NCBI GenBank assembly: GCA_032718475.1
Contig: JAUCBJ010000533.1
Span: forward strand, 62,001-126,000
DNA from: Nemertoderma westbladi
Lineage: Eukaryota; Animalia; Xenacoelomorpha
DNA length: 64,000 nucleotides
Direction of reading: 5' to 3'
Shown here in pieces: positions 48,523 to 61,532 of this stretch (the first letter of the stretch is position 1; each line of letters starts with the position of its first letter). Position numbers and translations under genes: made by a program. The notes under the pieces are model-generated. The model saw nothing but the letters and a program-made list of their open reading frames with translations, was not told the DNA's origin and ran no database searches.

Positions 48523-51158
48523 TTACTCAAGGTTAAAGGTAGGAATAGGACGAGTTCCCATATAATCACCTATAGGATTGTATGTAACATCGTAACCAAA
48601 GGCTTTTGGCCCAACGACTCTCAGAGCCTCCGGGGTAGTGAGCAACGGAGGTGCGGGCAAACATATGACGCTCACTCTGAGACCGTATCGCAACTCCTCG
48701 CAAGGAATCCCAGTTCCCAACTCCAGGTTTAACACCGCTATAAGATCCGGCACGCTCGCCAATATCTCATCTCCGCATTTCGCTATTAAATTTTCGTTTT
48801 GGAATTCAACGACAATGGATTTATCAGCAAATGCCCTCGTCCCTTGCACTGTTATGCTACCGAAATTAAATCCACCTTGAATCCTGCGAAAAGAATCCAC
48901 GATCTTTCCTGATATCAACAACTTGCCATTTTCCATTTCAATAATTCTCCCAACGGGAGACTTATTTTCGCGTTTGGCTGTCAGCACTGCGTGACCTAAA
49001 TGTCGTATTCTACTCAGACTGTTAGCCACAAAGTAACGCCCAACGCCTTCTTTATCGCAAGACACCATGGATAAACCACCAGATATACCCATCTCGGTGA
49101 CTATAAACCTAAAGCGGTCTTCTGTCGCCTTGGCTGAGGGTGATTTTACAATAACAGCGCAACGACCTTTATTATCGGTGAGCACCGCAGGTGCGGACGA
49201 TTCACCGTAAACAAACGGACCGAACATCTGCAGTTCGGGGAAGGCGCGACCCATCCCATCCGCGTCCACTACCGGTATCCCTAACGCCGCTCCTATGGCA
49301 ACCGGTTCTAGACTATTCAAGCCCCCGACCTCCGCACAAATAACACTCGTATTACTCCAATTAACTCCAGCATCCACCGGAGACCAATCCTCTATGTAGA
49401 CAACTCCTTTATCATCCACTTTACATAAATTACCGTTATTCTTTATAAAAACATCAATATCGGTAAATTTATCTACTATTTCAGAATAGACTCTCCTTAA
49501 ATACGTCACAGCTTGAACGGTCTCTTTACCTGTGCAAAGTTTCTCTATCAATATTGTCGGGGCACCCATAAAGGCAATATTAACAACTTTGCCATCACGT
49601 GGTATACTACTTGGGTCTATAATCTTTGTGGTTCTGCCATCTTTCAACATCTTGATTAACCTCAACCGACCTGCTCTGGGAGAGCCACCACCCCCGCATC
49701 CAAGGATAGTGGCTCCAACACTCATACACTCGACATCGTACAGACTCACTATCCACTCACCATCTTTATTGACAACTGCTTCTGTGTGTTGCTCAACAAT
49801 CTCAGAGCCTTCCACGTTTTTCAATATCTCAACAGACTTCGGATTGAAACTTCCTGAAAGACGTTCGATAGCAGATAGATCACGAGAACACACACCAGCT
49901 ATATCGTCTCTACCAACATCATCCACTTGCAGAAGGAGATCCGAAACTATTTTAATTTTAAGTCGCACCGTATTCACTGTTCCTTGAACATAGCTCAACT
50001 GAATCTCAGAGATTTCTGTGATTTCGTTGTTATCCATGTCGCCTCCGGCTCGCCCCAACATAACCTTAGCTTCCTCCTTTGCATCGCTCAACGCTCTTTC
50101 CCTATTGTCCATGATGACGATTCTATCGAAGGTCGCGCTAATCTGACTAAGGGCAGCCCCAACGGCATTGGCGACGTCATAGAAAGGTGGTCGAATAACT
50201 TGACTCGCGCATTTTAATTCTAACGATTTAATGAGGCAACTTCCACCGCCTACGAGCAGAACCTTGACAGGTTCTTTGCTGGTTTTCATCTGATCTACAG
50301 CATCCTCAACAATTTCTAGAATTTTATTATGTACCTTGTCGATAACCGCTTTATCCAAAAGTTCTTTATCGAGTAGATCCTTATTTCCGATATCTAGTAG
50401 ATCTTCAGCGACGGCCACGTCAGTAGTGGTGAAGACGTCTCCCCCGAACACCAGGGAATCCGCCTCCAGACGATGTCCAACACTCCGTGGACCAACCGTG
50501 ACGATCCCATCAACGTCGACCCCAACCACGGAACCCCCACCCAAACCAACGCTGCTGGTATCCGGTAGGGAGAAATTCGTACGGATCCCCCCCATATAAA
50601 CGACAGAACCAGCTTGACGGGGGAATCCACCAACCAGAGCCCCAACATCGGTGGTGGTGCCTCCGATGTCAACCACTATGCCATCCTTGATGCCGCTGAG
50701 AAAATACCCGCCTCTAAGTGAGTTAGTTGGACCACAGGATACAGAGCGCACTGGATAAGTAAGCGCATCTTCCGGAGTTAGAAGGGTTCCATCATTCTGA
50801 GTAAAAAATACGTTACAATCAAGCCCGAGATTTTCAATACCTACCTCAAACGATCGAAGCATGTTCTTACTTATTGGTTTAAGAGTTTCATTGAGTAATG
50901 ATGCGTTTTCTCTCTCCAGTATCCCGGTGCTGCTAACTTGATGTGATAAAGTAACACTAATGTCAGGAAACTTCGACTTCAAATATTCACCAACCGCGAT
51001 CTCTTGACTGTTGTCCACCGAACTGAAGACACCGCTAATGACGCAGTTAGCTACTCCCTTGAGTTTCATGTCTCGTATCGCATCTTCAATCTGATTGAAG
51101 TTGATTTGAGATATAGGAGTCCCATTGTATTCACAACCTCCATCTACCATATACTCAC
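48523..51158 (-). CDS. hydantoinase A/oxoprolinase-like plus DUF917 fusion protein, large 3' exon
   Basis: Motifs GILERENASLLN, QNDGTL, GPTNSLRG, VVDIGGTTTDVG, GLGGGS, VANAVGAA, then DUF917-type GATILGCGGGG, EVGGLN, DADGMGRAFPEL, FQNENL, VPDLI and ELRYG. Acceptor ttcttctag lies just 5' of 51158. The N-terminus is absent. Confidence 0.85.
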
Positions 51159-51554
51159 CTAGAAGAAATTAAACGAACAAATATTTATTGAATTTTACAT
51201 ACTGCACTGCAGAATCACTTATAAACGACGACATATAATAAAATAAAATATAAACAAAATACGTGAAACCCGTTCTCTCTTGGCTGTTACTGTAAGCCAG
51301 AAAAGGCGCCACGTTAACTTCCAAGGGTGATCTCCATAACTATTCGACCTTATTTTTACTCCACCGGGCTCCCACCTCTGGGTGGGTGAAAGCGCAAACG
51401 TGAAAAGTGTCTTTTTTAGGGACACATCTCTGTGCGAAATTTTCATTGGTTTTTAATGAACCTGCAATCAACTGAGTGTGCCTTGCCTATATTATATTGA
51501 TATATTCTATATTATAACTTACTAGGATCGGCATGCTGCATTGCAGCTGCATTT

Positions 51555-52930
51555 TTAAGAATGCTGTGCCGGCTTATCGACAAAATTGCACCGCCACAAC
51601 TCCCTATCACCCATAACATTTGCTAGATCATCCACATCTTCAAGGCCAGTGTCCTTTACGATGCGTCTCAAGAAAGTCATGGGCTGTCCACCATGTTTAT
51701 TCACTCCATGAGGCTGCCAAAGTACAAGATTATGCACTGGCTGGTCCTCACGGCGAAAGCAATGTCCTGCAAAGCGGAGGCGATTTTGTTCTAGTGTCAA
51801 GCTTGGGGGGACCAATGAGACACCTCCAATGTTATATAGTGTCTGGTTGGAGATGTGTGCATTGTACTTGACACGATGAACCCGGCGTAGCATTCTTGTG
51901 AATGTGCCATCCAGAGATTTGGAGTTCTCAGCAGTTACAGCCCAGCATGGACTCCCGTAGAGGAGTACTGGAACTACTGCTGCTCTAAATAATCGGACCT
52001 TAAGTTTCGGATTAATTCTCGTTCACTTCCAAAACCTGGAAAGCCTATTCAAGGCTGCCCATGCCTTTCCCTTACGTATTCGAAGGTCCTCACCTGACTT
52101 CCGGATCCATGATCCCAGGTAACAGAAGTCATCCACATGCTCAAGCATACCATCTTTTGAGCTTATGCTCATCCGATCAGAGACTTGCTGAGGACTTTGA
52201 AAGTTAACTGTCAAAATTTTGGTCTTTCTGGAGTTAATAAAAAGACCAACACTAGAAGCAGCTTGTTCTAATGAGCTGAGGAGCCGTTGGGCTCCCTCTA
52301 GTGATTCTGAGAGTACTCCTAAGTCATCAGCAAAGTCTAGATCAGTTAGGTACTTGGCAGGATTTCCTCGACTTCTGGAGCCAGTAGGTGGAGTTATCAT
52401 CACCCCATCATCATTATGATGATCTAAGGACATGCGTAGAACATAGTCAACAACAATTATGAACAAGAATGGTGCAAGTGTGCCTCCCTGGAAGACGCCC
52501 CATAACACTTCAAATGGTTCTGTGTCACCGTCAACAGTAGACACAAATGTTGTCGAACCATCTGATTGCTGCAATAATTCAGGAATCCCATATAATGAAA
52601 GTATGCTGAACATACGTGAGCGAGAGACTGAATCAAAGGCCTTGAAGAAGTCAACAAAGATAACAGCCATAGATGCCTGTCTTTCTTTTTTCATAACTCT
52701 TCAATTATCCTTCTAAGTGCCAAAATGGGCTCCATGGTCCCACGACCTTTACGGAACCCATTCTGATTTCCACGGAGCAGTCTCTCAATGGGATCCCTGA
52801 TGCGATTTAATAGAATTCTATTGTATAGCTTTGCAGCAATCGAGATCAATGAGATTCCCCGAAAAGAACCATAGAGTGTTAGGTTGCCCTTCTTGGGAAC
52901 TGGCACCAACTTATTTGTTTTAATTTCTTG
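51555..52930 (-). mobile_element. degraded RTE-clade LINE RT fragment
   Basis: VPVPKKG...FRGISL, QNGFRKGR, FVDFFKAFDSV, GVFQGGTLAPFLF, DLDFADD, FCYLGS and RLRFAGH motifs across three frame-broken ORFs. Confidence 0.9.
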
Positions 52931-53827
52931 TGGGACTCTTGTTGTGGGGCGAGCCACGAAGTGAGTGAGCCTTAGCATAGGGGTACCATTAATCAACCTG
53001 TCGTTCTGTCGCGTTTTTTTTTCAGTATTTTATTTTAAACGTTAATAACTCGGCCAATCCTTGATGAAATCTATCCAAACTTGGTACACATGTTGTTTGG
53101 CAAAAGTTTGAAAATTTTCCAAGTAGAATTTACGTGGGGCCTTCGTGCAGCATCAGTGTAACTGTTATTGCAGTTATAATAAATTTATTTATCCAAATTT
53201 AAAATGCGTTAAATTATTATTACTGTAGGATAAATCAGCTGGGTTTCTGACAAATTTTGCAATACATTGGGGCTGTCTGCATGTACCATGTGTACCGGTA
53301 CTGTCAGGCTGTACTCAATCCCTGAATCGAGAATCCTGCAATCAGTCAATACTGCAATACTGGTCAGCCGGTACCATACACTGCAGACATGCCATATCAT
53401 GTAATCTAATTAAACATGGCCCTGGCAACCCTTGCGGTGATTATAGTTTAGGCCTACTAGCCCAGTACCGGCACCGGTAATAATAATATAATAGTTTAGA
53501 TAGTTACCGCTAATCATTCAGTCATTGGCACGGTACACCGTGTTGCTGTACTGCCGTTGTAGTGCGCACCGTAGGTACCACCCTACTACCGGTACCGGCT
53601 GACCGGTGGCAACTAGCACTTCAGCACACTTGCACAGCACTGCAGCAACAGCACTACCGGCGATACACAGGTTGGAATTTATGTAGAGTTTGCTCAACAG
53701 TACAGATATAAAATAGTTACCGGTATCTAAATTATATATATTACTAAATATTGACAATTATTGAAATATATACCGTTATTCGTGTTATCAGTATTTGCAA
53801 CATCTGACATTGAAGAGGTGAGAGAAG

Positions 53828-54170
53828 ATGAATACCGGCACTCAACAAAACCAACGCTTATCACAGGTCGGTATGGTTACCTCGAAACCGGCGCGACTGT
53901 CCACTCGAATAGAACTTCAAAACACAAACGCCAACAATAAACTGAAAGCGAATCGAACGTCTTCAGAAGAATCTGTCATTGGGACGAAGAAAAGGAAGCC
54001 GAAACCACGGGAATGGACCACAGCTAAGATTGAATGCTCCCATTGTCAGAGTTCCTGGACCGAAATTGAAACACCAATTGCCGATGGGCTTGATCTCTCA
54101 AACCAAAACTTCCTCTGCGGGGTTTGCGTGGCAGTAAAGATTGAAAGTCTGGAAGCTGGCATCCCTAGGT
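53828..54170 (+). pseudogene. possible LINE ORF1-like fragment with a C4 zinc finger
   Basis: CSHC...FLCGVC followed by a short heptad (KIESLE). The family assignment is a guess. Confidence 0.25.
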
Positions 54171-54794
54171 ATTATTATTATAAAGAGCGTCAGCCTGCGT
54201 TTAATAAATATATTTTAATACAAAACAGGTCGAACGCAAAGAGGCTTATAATGAAGACGAGTACTGCATTGATTATATTCCTATAAACCACCTGGCTTTG
54301 CATATTGAACGTGCGTTTGGAAATAAGTTCGTGCTACCCTTCCGTGGGTGGTAGATGTCGCGGTTATGTATTGGTGGGGGGGGGGGGGGGGGGGGGGGTG
54401 CAGATTAAAAGGGGTGAACACGTACTGTCCCCCTTTCTTTGATTAATTGGTGGTGTGGGTTAATCTCTCATAACCTGATTTTGTGATACAGTCGCGCGAA
54501 GGCCCCACGAACGTGTTCGGTACATGTCTACTATGATGGGATAGATGAGCTTTAAACTAGCCGGATTATTACTGGCACGTATATCTAAGACCTATGTATA
54601 TAAAGATCTCGGCGTGTACTTGTCCCTTATCCTTAACCAGCTTATAAATTTAATTTGGTCCCACCATAACGTAGTGGTTTGGTTTGCCCTGAATGCATAT
54701 CATACTTTGCGTAGTGTGCACATTATCTGGCAAAACGACCGAAGAAACCATTTTTAGTTGGGTAGTGTATAAAACAAAGACCGCAGACCAAATA

Positions 54795-57256
54795 TTTTAC
54801 ACTTTACTATCAGCACACTATAAAACCTACAGTATGTTACACTTTACTTTCAGCACACTATAAAACCTATGTTACACTTCACTTTCAGCACACTAAAAAC
54901 CTATGATACACTTTACTTTCAGCACATTATAAAACTTATTTTACACACTTACTCTCAGCACATTATAAAATCTATTTTACACTTTACTTTCAGCACACTA
55001 TAAAACCTATGTTACACTTCACTTTCAGCACACTAAAAACCTATGATACACTTTACTTTCAGCACATTATAAAACTTATTTTACACACTTACTCTCAGCA
55101 CATTATAAAATCTATTTTACACTTCACTTTTAGCACACTATAAAACCTATTTTACACTTCACTTTCAGCACACTAAAAACCTATGAAACACTTTACTTTC
55201 AGCACATTATAAAACTTATTTTACAGACTTACTCTCAGCACACTATAAAACCTATTTTACACACTTACTCTCAGCACACTATAAAACCTATTTTACACTT
55301 CACTTTTAGCACACTATAAAACATATTTTACATTTCACTTTCAGCACACTAAAAACCTATGTTACACTTTACTTTCAGCACACTATAAAACTTATTTTAC
55401 ACACTTACTCTCAGCACATTATAAAATCTATTTTACACTTCACTTTTAGCACACTATAAAACCTATTTTACACTTCACTTTCAGCACACTAAAAACCTAT
55501 TTTACACACTTACTCGCAGCACATTATAAAATCTATTTTACACTTCACTTGTACCACCCTATAAAACCTATTTTACACTTCACTTTCAGCACACTAAAAA
55601 CCTATGATACACTTTACTATCAGCACATTATAAAACTTATTTTACACACTTACTCTCAGCACATTATAAAATCTATTTCCACTTCACTTTTAGCACACTA
55701 TAAAACCTATTTTACACTTCACTTTCAGCACACTAAAAACCTATGTTACACTTTACTTTCAGCACACTATAAAACCTATTCTACACACTTACTCTCAACA
55801 CACTATAAAACCTATTTTACACACTTACTCTCAGCACACTATAAAACCTATTTTACACTTCACTTTTAGCACACTATAAAACATATTTTACATTTCACTT
55901 TCAGCACACTAAAAACCTATGTTACACTTTACTTTCAGCACACTATAAAACTTATTTTACACACTTACTCTCAGCACATTATAAAATCTATTTTACACTT
56001 CACTTTTAGCACACTATAAAACCTATTTTACACTTCACTTTCAGCACACTAAAAACCTATTTTACACACTTACTCGCAACACATTATAAAATCTATTATA
56101 CACTTCACTTTTAGCACCCTATAAAACCTATTTTACACTTCACTTTCAGCACACTAAAAACCTATGTTACACTTTACTTTCAGCAAACTATAAACCTATT
56201 CTACACACTTACTCTCAACACACTATAAAATCTATTTTACACACTTACTCTCAGCACATTATAAAATCTATTTTACACTTTACTTTCAGCACACTATAAA
56301 ACCTATGTCACACTTCACTTTCAGCACACTATAAAACCTATTTTACCCTTCACCCTCAGCACATTATAAAATCTATTTTACACTTCACTTTCAGCACACT
56401 ATAAAACCTATTTTACATTTCACTTTCAGCACACTAAAAACCTATGTTACACTTTACTTTCAGCACACTATAAAACTTATTTCACACACTTACTCTCAGC
56501 ACATTATAAGATCTATTTTACACTTCACTTTCAGTACACTAAAAACCTATTGTACACTTTACTTTCAGCACACTATAAAACCTATTTTACACACTTACTC
56601 GCAGCACATTATAAAATCTATTTTACACTTCACTTTTAGCACACTATAAAACCTATTTTACACTTCACTTTCAGCACACTAAAAACCTATGTTACACTTT
56701 ACTTTCAGCACACTATAAATCTATTCTACACACTTACTCTCAACACACTATAAAACCTATTTTACACACTTACTCTCAGCATATTATAAAACCTATGTCA
56801 CACTTCACTTTCAGCACACTATAAAACCTATTTTACACTTCACTCTCAGCACATTATAAAATCTATTTTACACTTCACTTTCAGCACACTATAAAACCTA
56901 TTTTACACTTCACTTTCAGCACACTATAAAACCTATTTTACACTTCACTCTCAGCACAATATAAAATCTATTTTACACTTCACTTTCAGCACACTATAAA
57001 ACCTATTTTACACACTTACTCAGCACATTAAAAAACCTATTTTACACTTTACTTTCAGCACACTATAAAACCTATTCTACACTTCACTTTTAGCACACTA
57101 TAAAACCTATTTTACACACTTAATCTCAGCACATTAAAAAACCTATTTTATACTTTACTTTCAGCCCATTATAAACCTATTTCACACTTCACTTTCAGCA
57201 CACAATAAAACCTATTTCACACTTCACTTTCAGCACACAATAAAACCTATGTTACA
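54795..57256. repeat. about 35-bp AT-rich minisatellite
   Basis: Consensus CAGCACACTATAAAACCTATTTTACACTTCACTTT with 34-37 bp variants in recurring order. Confidence 0.95.
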
Positions 57257-57470
57257 CGACGTTGACGACTCTCTTCCCTTATCTCACCTAATTACCAAAT
57301 CTTCTTCTGCACATTCTTATAGCACTCGTCTGGCCTCCTCTGGTCTATTTCACATATAAATCGATGCAAGGCCCCCTTCTCTGGAACGCTTTATCTGAAT
57401 CTATCCGTAACAGTCCTAGTCTTGAAATGTTTAAACGTCGGTTAAAATATCATTTACTCCAGTGCAGTTA
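57257..57470 (+). mobile_element. CR1/L2-group LINE ORF2 C-terminal relic
   Basis: Translates to HSYSTR... and GPLLWNALSESIRNSPSLEMFKRRLKYHLL, the typical WNxL..IR...S...FK..LK tail. Confidence 0.6.
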
Positions 57471-57998
57471 TTAATGCAACCAAGAATAAAATTATAACCC
57501 CAGGTTGCACCTCACCATCATTCTGTTTATTTTTCTCGCAGACACCTTTTGGCCACCATTTTTTTTTCCAGATAGGGGGGGGGGGGCATTCGACGCAATA
57601 AAAATTCATCCCTCTCCAGGGGAAATTCGACGCAAATAACAGCTGATTACCATTAAAAAAAACTGTAACCTTTTCTATTGTCTTCAGTTTATTGTTTTGG
57701 TTAAAATAACGTGCCACTGTAACTTGCTTCTTTCCCTAAATTGAGAATTTAACATTGAGGCGGGATATTAATTCGCCGAGATGGGATTTGCGTCCAGTTC
57801 CCCCCCCCCCCCCCCCCCCCCCCGCCGTCTCTTCTTTCCAATCACAGCCTCACATGACCACCCGCAAAACTTAAACTAACTTGTCCTACTTCCTCCACTG
57901 CCAGAGGGCGCGCCGAGCTACACTAGCTGCGCTATAGTCTCGACCGCCCCCTACCACCCAGCAGAGTGAAACTCTGCTTACAAGTTTATTATTATCTA

Positions 57999-60900
57999 CT
58001 AGAAAGCCAGTGGCCCTTCGGGCCACGGCTTTCTAGTTCACAAGCCTATTCACCATTCCAAACATTAATTAATTAATTAACTTAACAAAACTTCATATGA
58101 TTGAGAGTGTTCTCTCAAACAAAAGGACTGATGCTGTTTTACTTTTCAGATACCTACACTGGTCAACGTCATTCACATTGATGCAGCCTTATGATGTAGT
58201 ACAGTAGACCTCTGACAATTATCAGCGTAAAAGCATTTTTAATAAATAAATGTGAGAATGTTTTTACTTTTCAGATTCAGATTTTTCGCACCCTAGCAGT
58301 AGACTGGAAATCCGCAGACTGGTTAGCGTCCTCCCCATACAAACAGCCTATGGTCATCATGCCTTTCCCAAGTATAAGCAAAAAAGCATTAGAAACAACG
58401 AAATGGGAGAAGAATTTCACTTGAGACATTTCACCCTCTAGCGGCAGACTGAGAAATTGCAGATTGGTCAGAGTTTTCCACAAACACGCAGTCTATGGTG
58501 TAGTAGACCTCTGCCAAGTACCAGGCTATAAGAATTATAAACAACGAAATGGGATAAGTTTTCACTTTCAGATATTTCGCCCCTTAGTGGCCGAATGGAG
58601 AACTGCAGGTAGTTGGGAGTCCTCCACAGACACACACCATATGGTGTAATACACATCTGCCCAGTGTCAGCCTAAAAGCATTATTAATAACGAAATGGGA
58701 TAAGGTTTTCACTTTCAGACATTTGGCCCCCTAGTGGCAGACAGAGGAATTGCAGATTGGTCAGAGTTCTCCACAAACACGCAGTCTATGGTGTAGTAGA
58801 CCTCTGCCAAGTATCAGCCTAAAAGCATTATAAACAACGAAATTGGATAAGGATTTCACTTTCAGATATTTCGCCCCCTAGCGGCCGAATGGAGAACTGC
58901 AGGTAGTTGGGCGTCCTCCACAGACACACACCATATGGTGTAATACACATCTGCCCAGTGTCAGCCTAAAAGCATTATTAATAACGAAATGGGATAAGGT
59001 TTTCACTTTCAGACATTTGGCCCCCTAGTGGCAGACAGAGGAATTGCAGATTGGTCAGAGTTCTCCACAAACACGCAGTCTATGGTGTAGTAGACCTCTG
59101 ACAAGTATCAGCCTAAAAACATTATAAACATCAAAATGGGATAAGGTTTTCACGTTCAGACATTTCGCCCCCTAGCGGCCGAATAGAGAACTGCAGGTTG
59201 TTCAGCGTCCTCTTCAGACACACAGCCTATGGTGTAATACACATCTGCCAAGTGTCAGCCAAAAAGCATTATTAATAACGAAATGGTATAAGGTTTTCAC
59301 TTTCAGACATTTGGCCCCCTAGTGGCAGACAGAGGAATTGCAGATTGGTCAGAGTTCTCCACAAACACGCAGCCTATGGTGTAGTAGACCTCTGCCAAGT
59401 ATCAGGCTATAAGAATTATAAACAACGAAATGGGATAAGGTTTTCACTTTCAGATATTTCGCCCCTTAGTGGCCGAATGGAGAACTGCAGGTAGTTGGGC
59501 GTCCTCCACAGACACACACCATATGGTGTAATACACATCTGCCCAGTGTCAGCCTAAAAGCATTATTAATAACGAAATGGGATAAGGTTTTCACTTTCAG
59601 ACATTTGGCCCCCTAGTGGCAGACAGAGGAATTGCAGATTGGTCTTAGTTCTCCACAAACACGCAGTCTTTGATGTAGTAGACCTCTGACAAGTATCAGC
59701 CTAAAAACATTATAAACATAAAAATGTGATAAGGTTTTCACGTTCAGACATTTCGCCCCCTAGCGGCCGAATAGAGAACTGCAGGTTGTTCGGCGTCCTC
59801 TTCAGACACACAGCCTATGGTGTAATACACATCTGCCAAGTGTCAGCCTAAAAGCATTATTAATAACGAAATGGTATAAGGTTTTCACTTTCAGACATTT
59901 GGCCCCCTAGTGGCAGACAGAGGAATTGCAGATTGGTCAGAGTTCTCCACAAACACGCAGCCTATGGTGTAGTAGACCTCTGCCAAGTACCAGGCTATAA
60001 GAATTATAAACAACGAAATGGGATAAGGTTTTCACTTTCAGATATTTCGCCCCTTAGTGGCCGAATGGAGAACTGCAGGTAGTTGGGCGTCCTCCACAGA
60101 CACACTCCATATGGTGTAATACACATCTGCCCAGTGTCAGCCTAAAAGCATTATTAATAACGAAATGGGATAAGGTTTTCACTTTCAGACATTTGGCCCC
60201 CTAGTGGCAGACAGAGGAATTGCAGATTAGTCAGAGTTCTCCACAAACACGCAGTCTATGGTGTAGTAGACCTCTGCCAAGTATCAGCCTAAAAGCATTA
60301 TAAACAACGAAATTGGATAAGGATTTCACTTTCAGATATTTCGCCCCCTAGCGGCCGAATGGAGAACTGCAGGTAGTTGGGCATCCTCCACGGACACACC
60401 ATATGGTGTAATACACATCTGCCAAGTGTCAGCCTAAAAGCATTATTAATAACGAAATGGGATAAGGTTTTCACTTTCAGACATTTGGCCCCCTAGCGGT
60501 AGACTGGAGAAATGCAGACTGATTCTAGCTCCTCCCCAAACACGCTGTATTGTGTAGTAGACCTCTGCCAAGTATCAGCAAAAAAGCATTATAAACAAAG
60601 AAATGGGATAAGGTTTTCACTTTCAGATATTTCTCCCCCTAGCGGCAGACTGGGGAATTGCAGATTGGTCAGCATCCTCCCCAAACACACAGCCTATGGT
60701 GTAGAAGACCTCTGCCATGTATCAGCTAAAAGGCTTTATAATAACGAAATGGGAGATGTTTTCAGTTTCGGATATTTCGCCCCCTAGCGGCAGACTGGAG
60801 AACTGCAGATTGATCAGTGTCCTCCCAAACACACAGTCTATGGTCGGGAACAGATCTGCAAAGTATCATTTAGAACAGATTAAGTCTGGTATCAAAAAGT

Positions 60901-61125
60901 AGCATAATAGTCGATACCCAACGTGTCGAGTGACAGAATGAACTGCTAGGCCTACCGCGCTACGGGTACCGAATTCACGAAATTCGCATTCACGCAAACA
61001 AACGCGTAAAATAAGACTCGAGATAGCGACAGTGCACGTGCTCGTGACGAGAGCTTTCGTTCGATGTATCGCGAGCTCCGATTGGTGCTTGTGTGTAGAA
61101 ACGTATAGCTTGGACAGACAAACAA

Positions 61126-61168
<43 letters not shown>

Positions 61169-61189
61169 CATGATATTTATATATATAGA
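57999..61189 (-). mobile_element. non-autonomous Helitron-like element
   Basis: The minus strand starts A^TCTATATATATAAA followed by (TGTC)n and ends in a GC-rich hairpin and CTAG^T. No TSD, A|T target. Confidence 0.75.
58190..60870. repeat. 146/147-bp tandem repeat (293-bp A/B dimer) inside the Helitron
   Basis: TATGGTGTA anchors at 58494, 58640 and 58787, with alternating A and B variants. Confidence 0.95.
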
Positions 61190-61532
61190 TACTATTGAGG
61201 AAAAAAAATCAAAAAATCACACTATAAAACACACTATTTTTCGTTTTACTCTTTATTACAAGTGAAGTAAGTAACGATTAACACATTTAAAAATTCTTGG
61301 CTATTATTCCCAGTCTGATTTGTTAATTTAAAAATAATAATCTTCGTCATAAAATATTAAATTTTCCATTAAGATTACAATAATAATATATTCCAAGTTA
61401 TAATCAATCATATAAGATTAAATTCTCATCTCTATTATACGCCTCGCTTCGCTCGAATTTTAATTCGAAATCAGGAACTATGATCAGATAGTTCACGCAG
61501 TTTATTTATATTGACATTTGACACATTCCAGT

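Noticed and set aside
55549-55869. 106-aa ORF and other short ORFs in minisatellites (46713, 58277-61265)
   Set aside because: These are translations of tandem repeats with no domain features.
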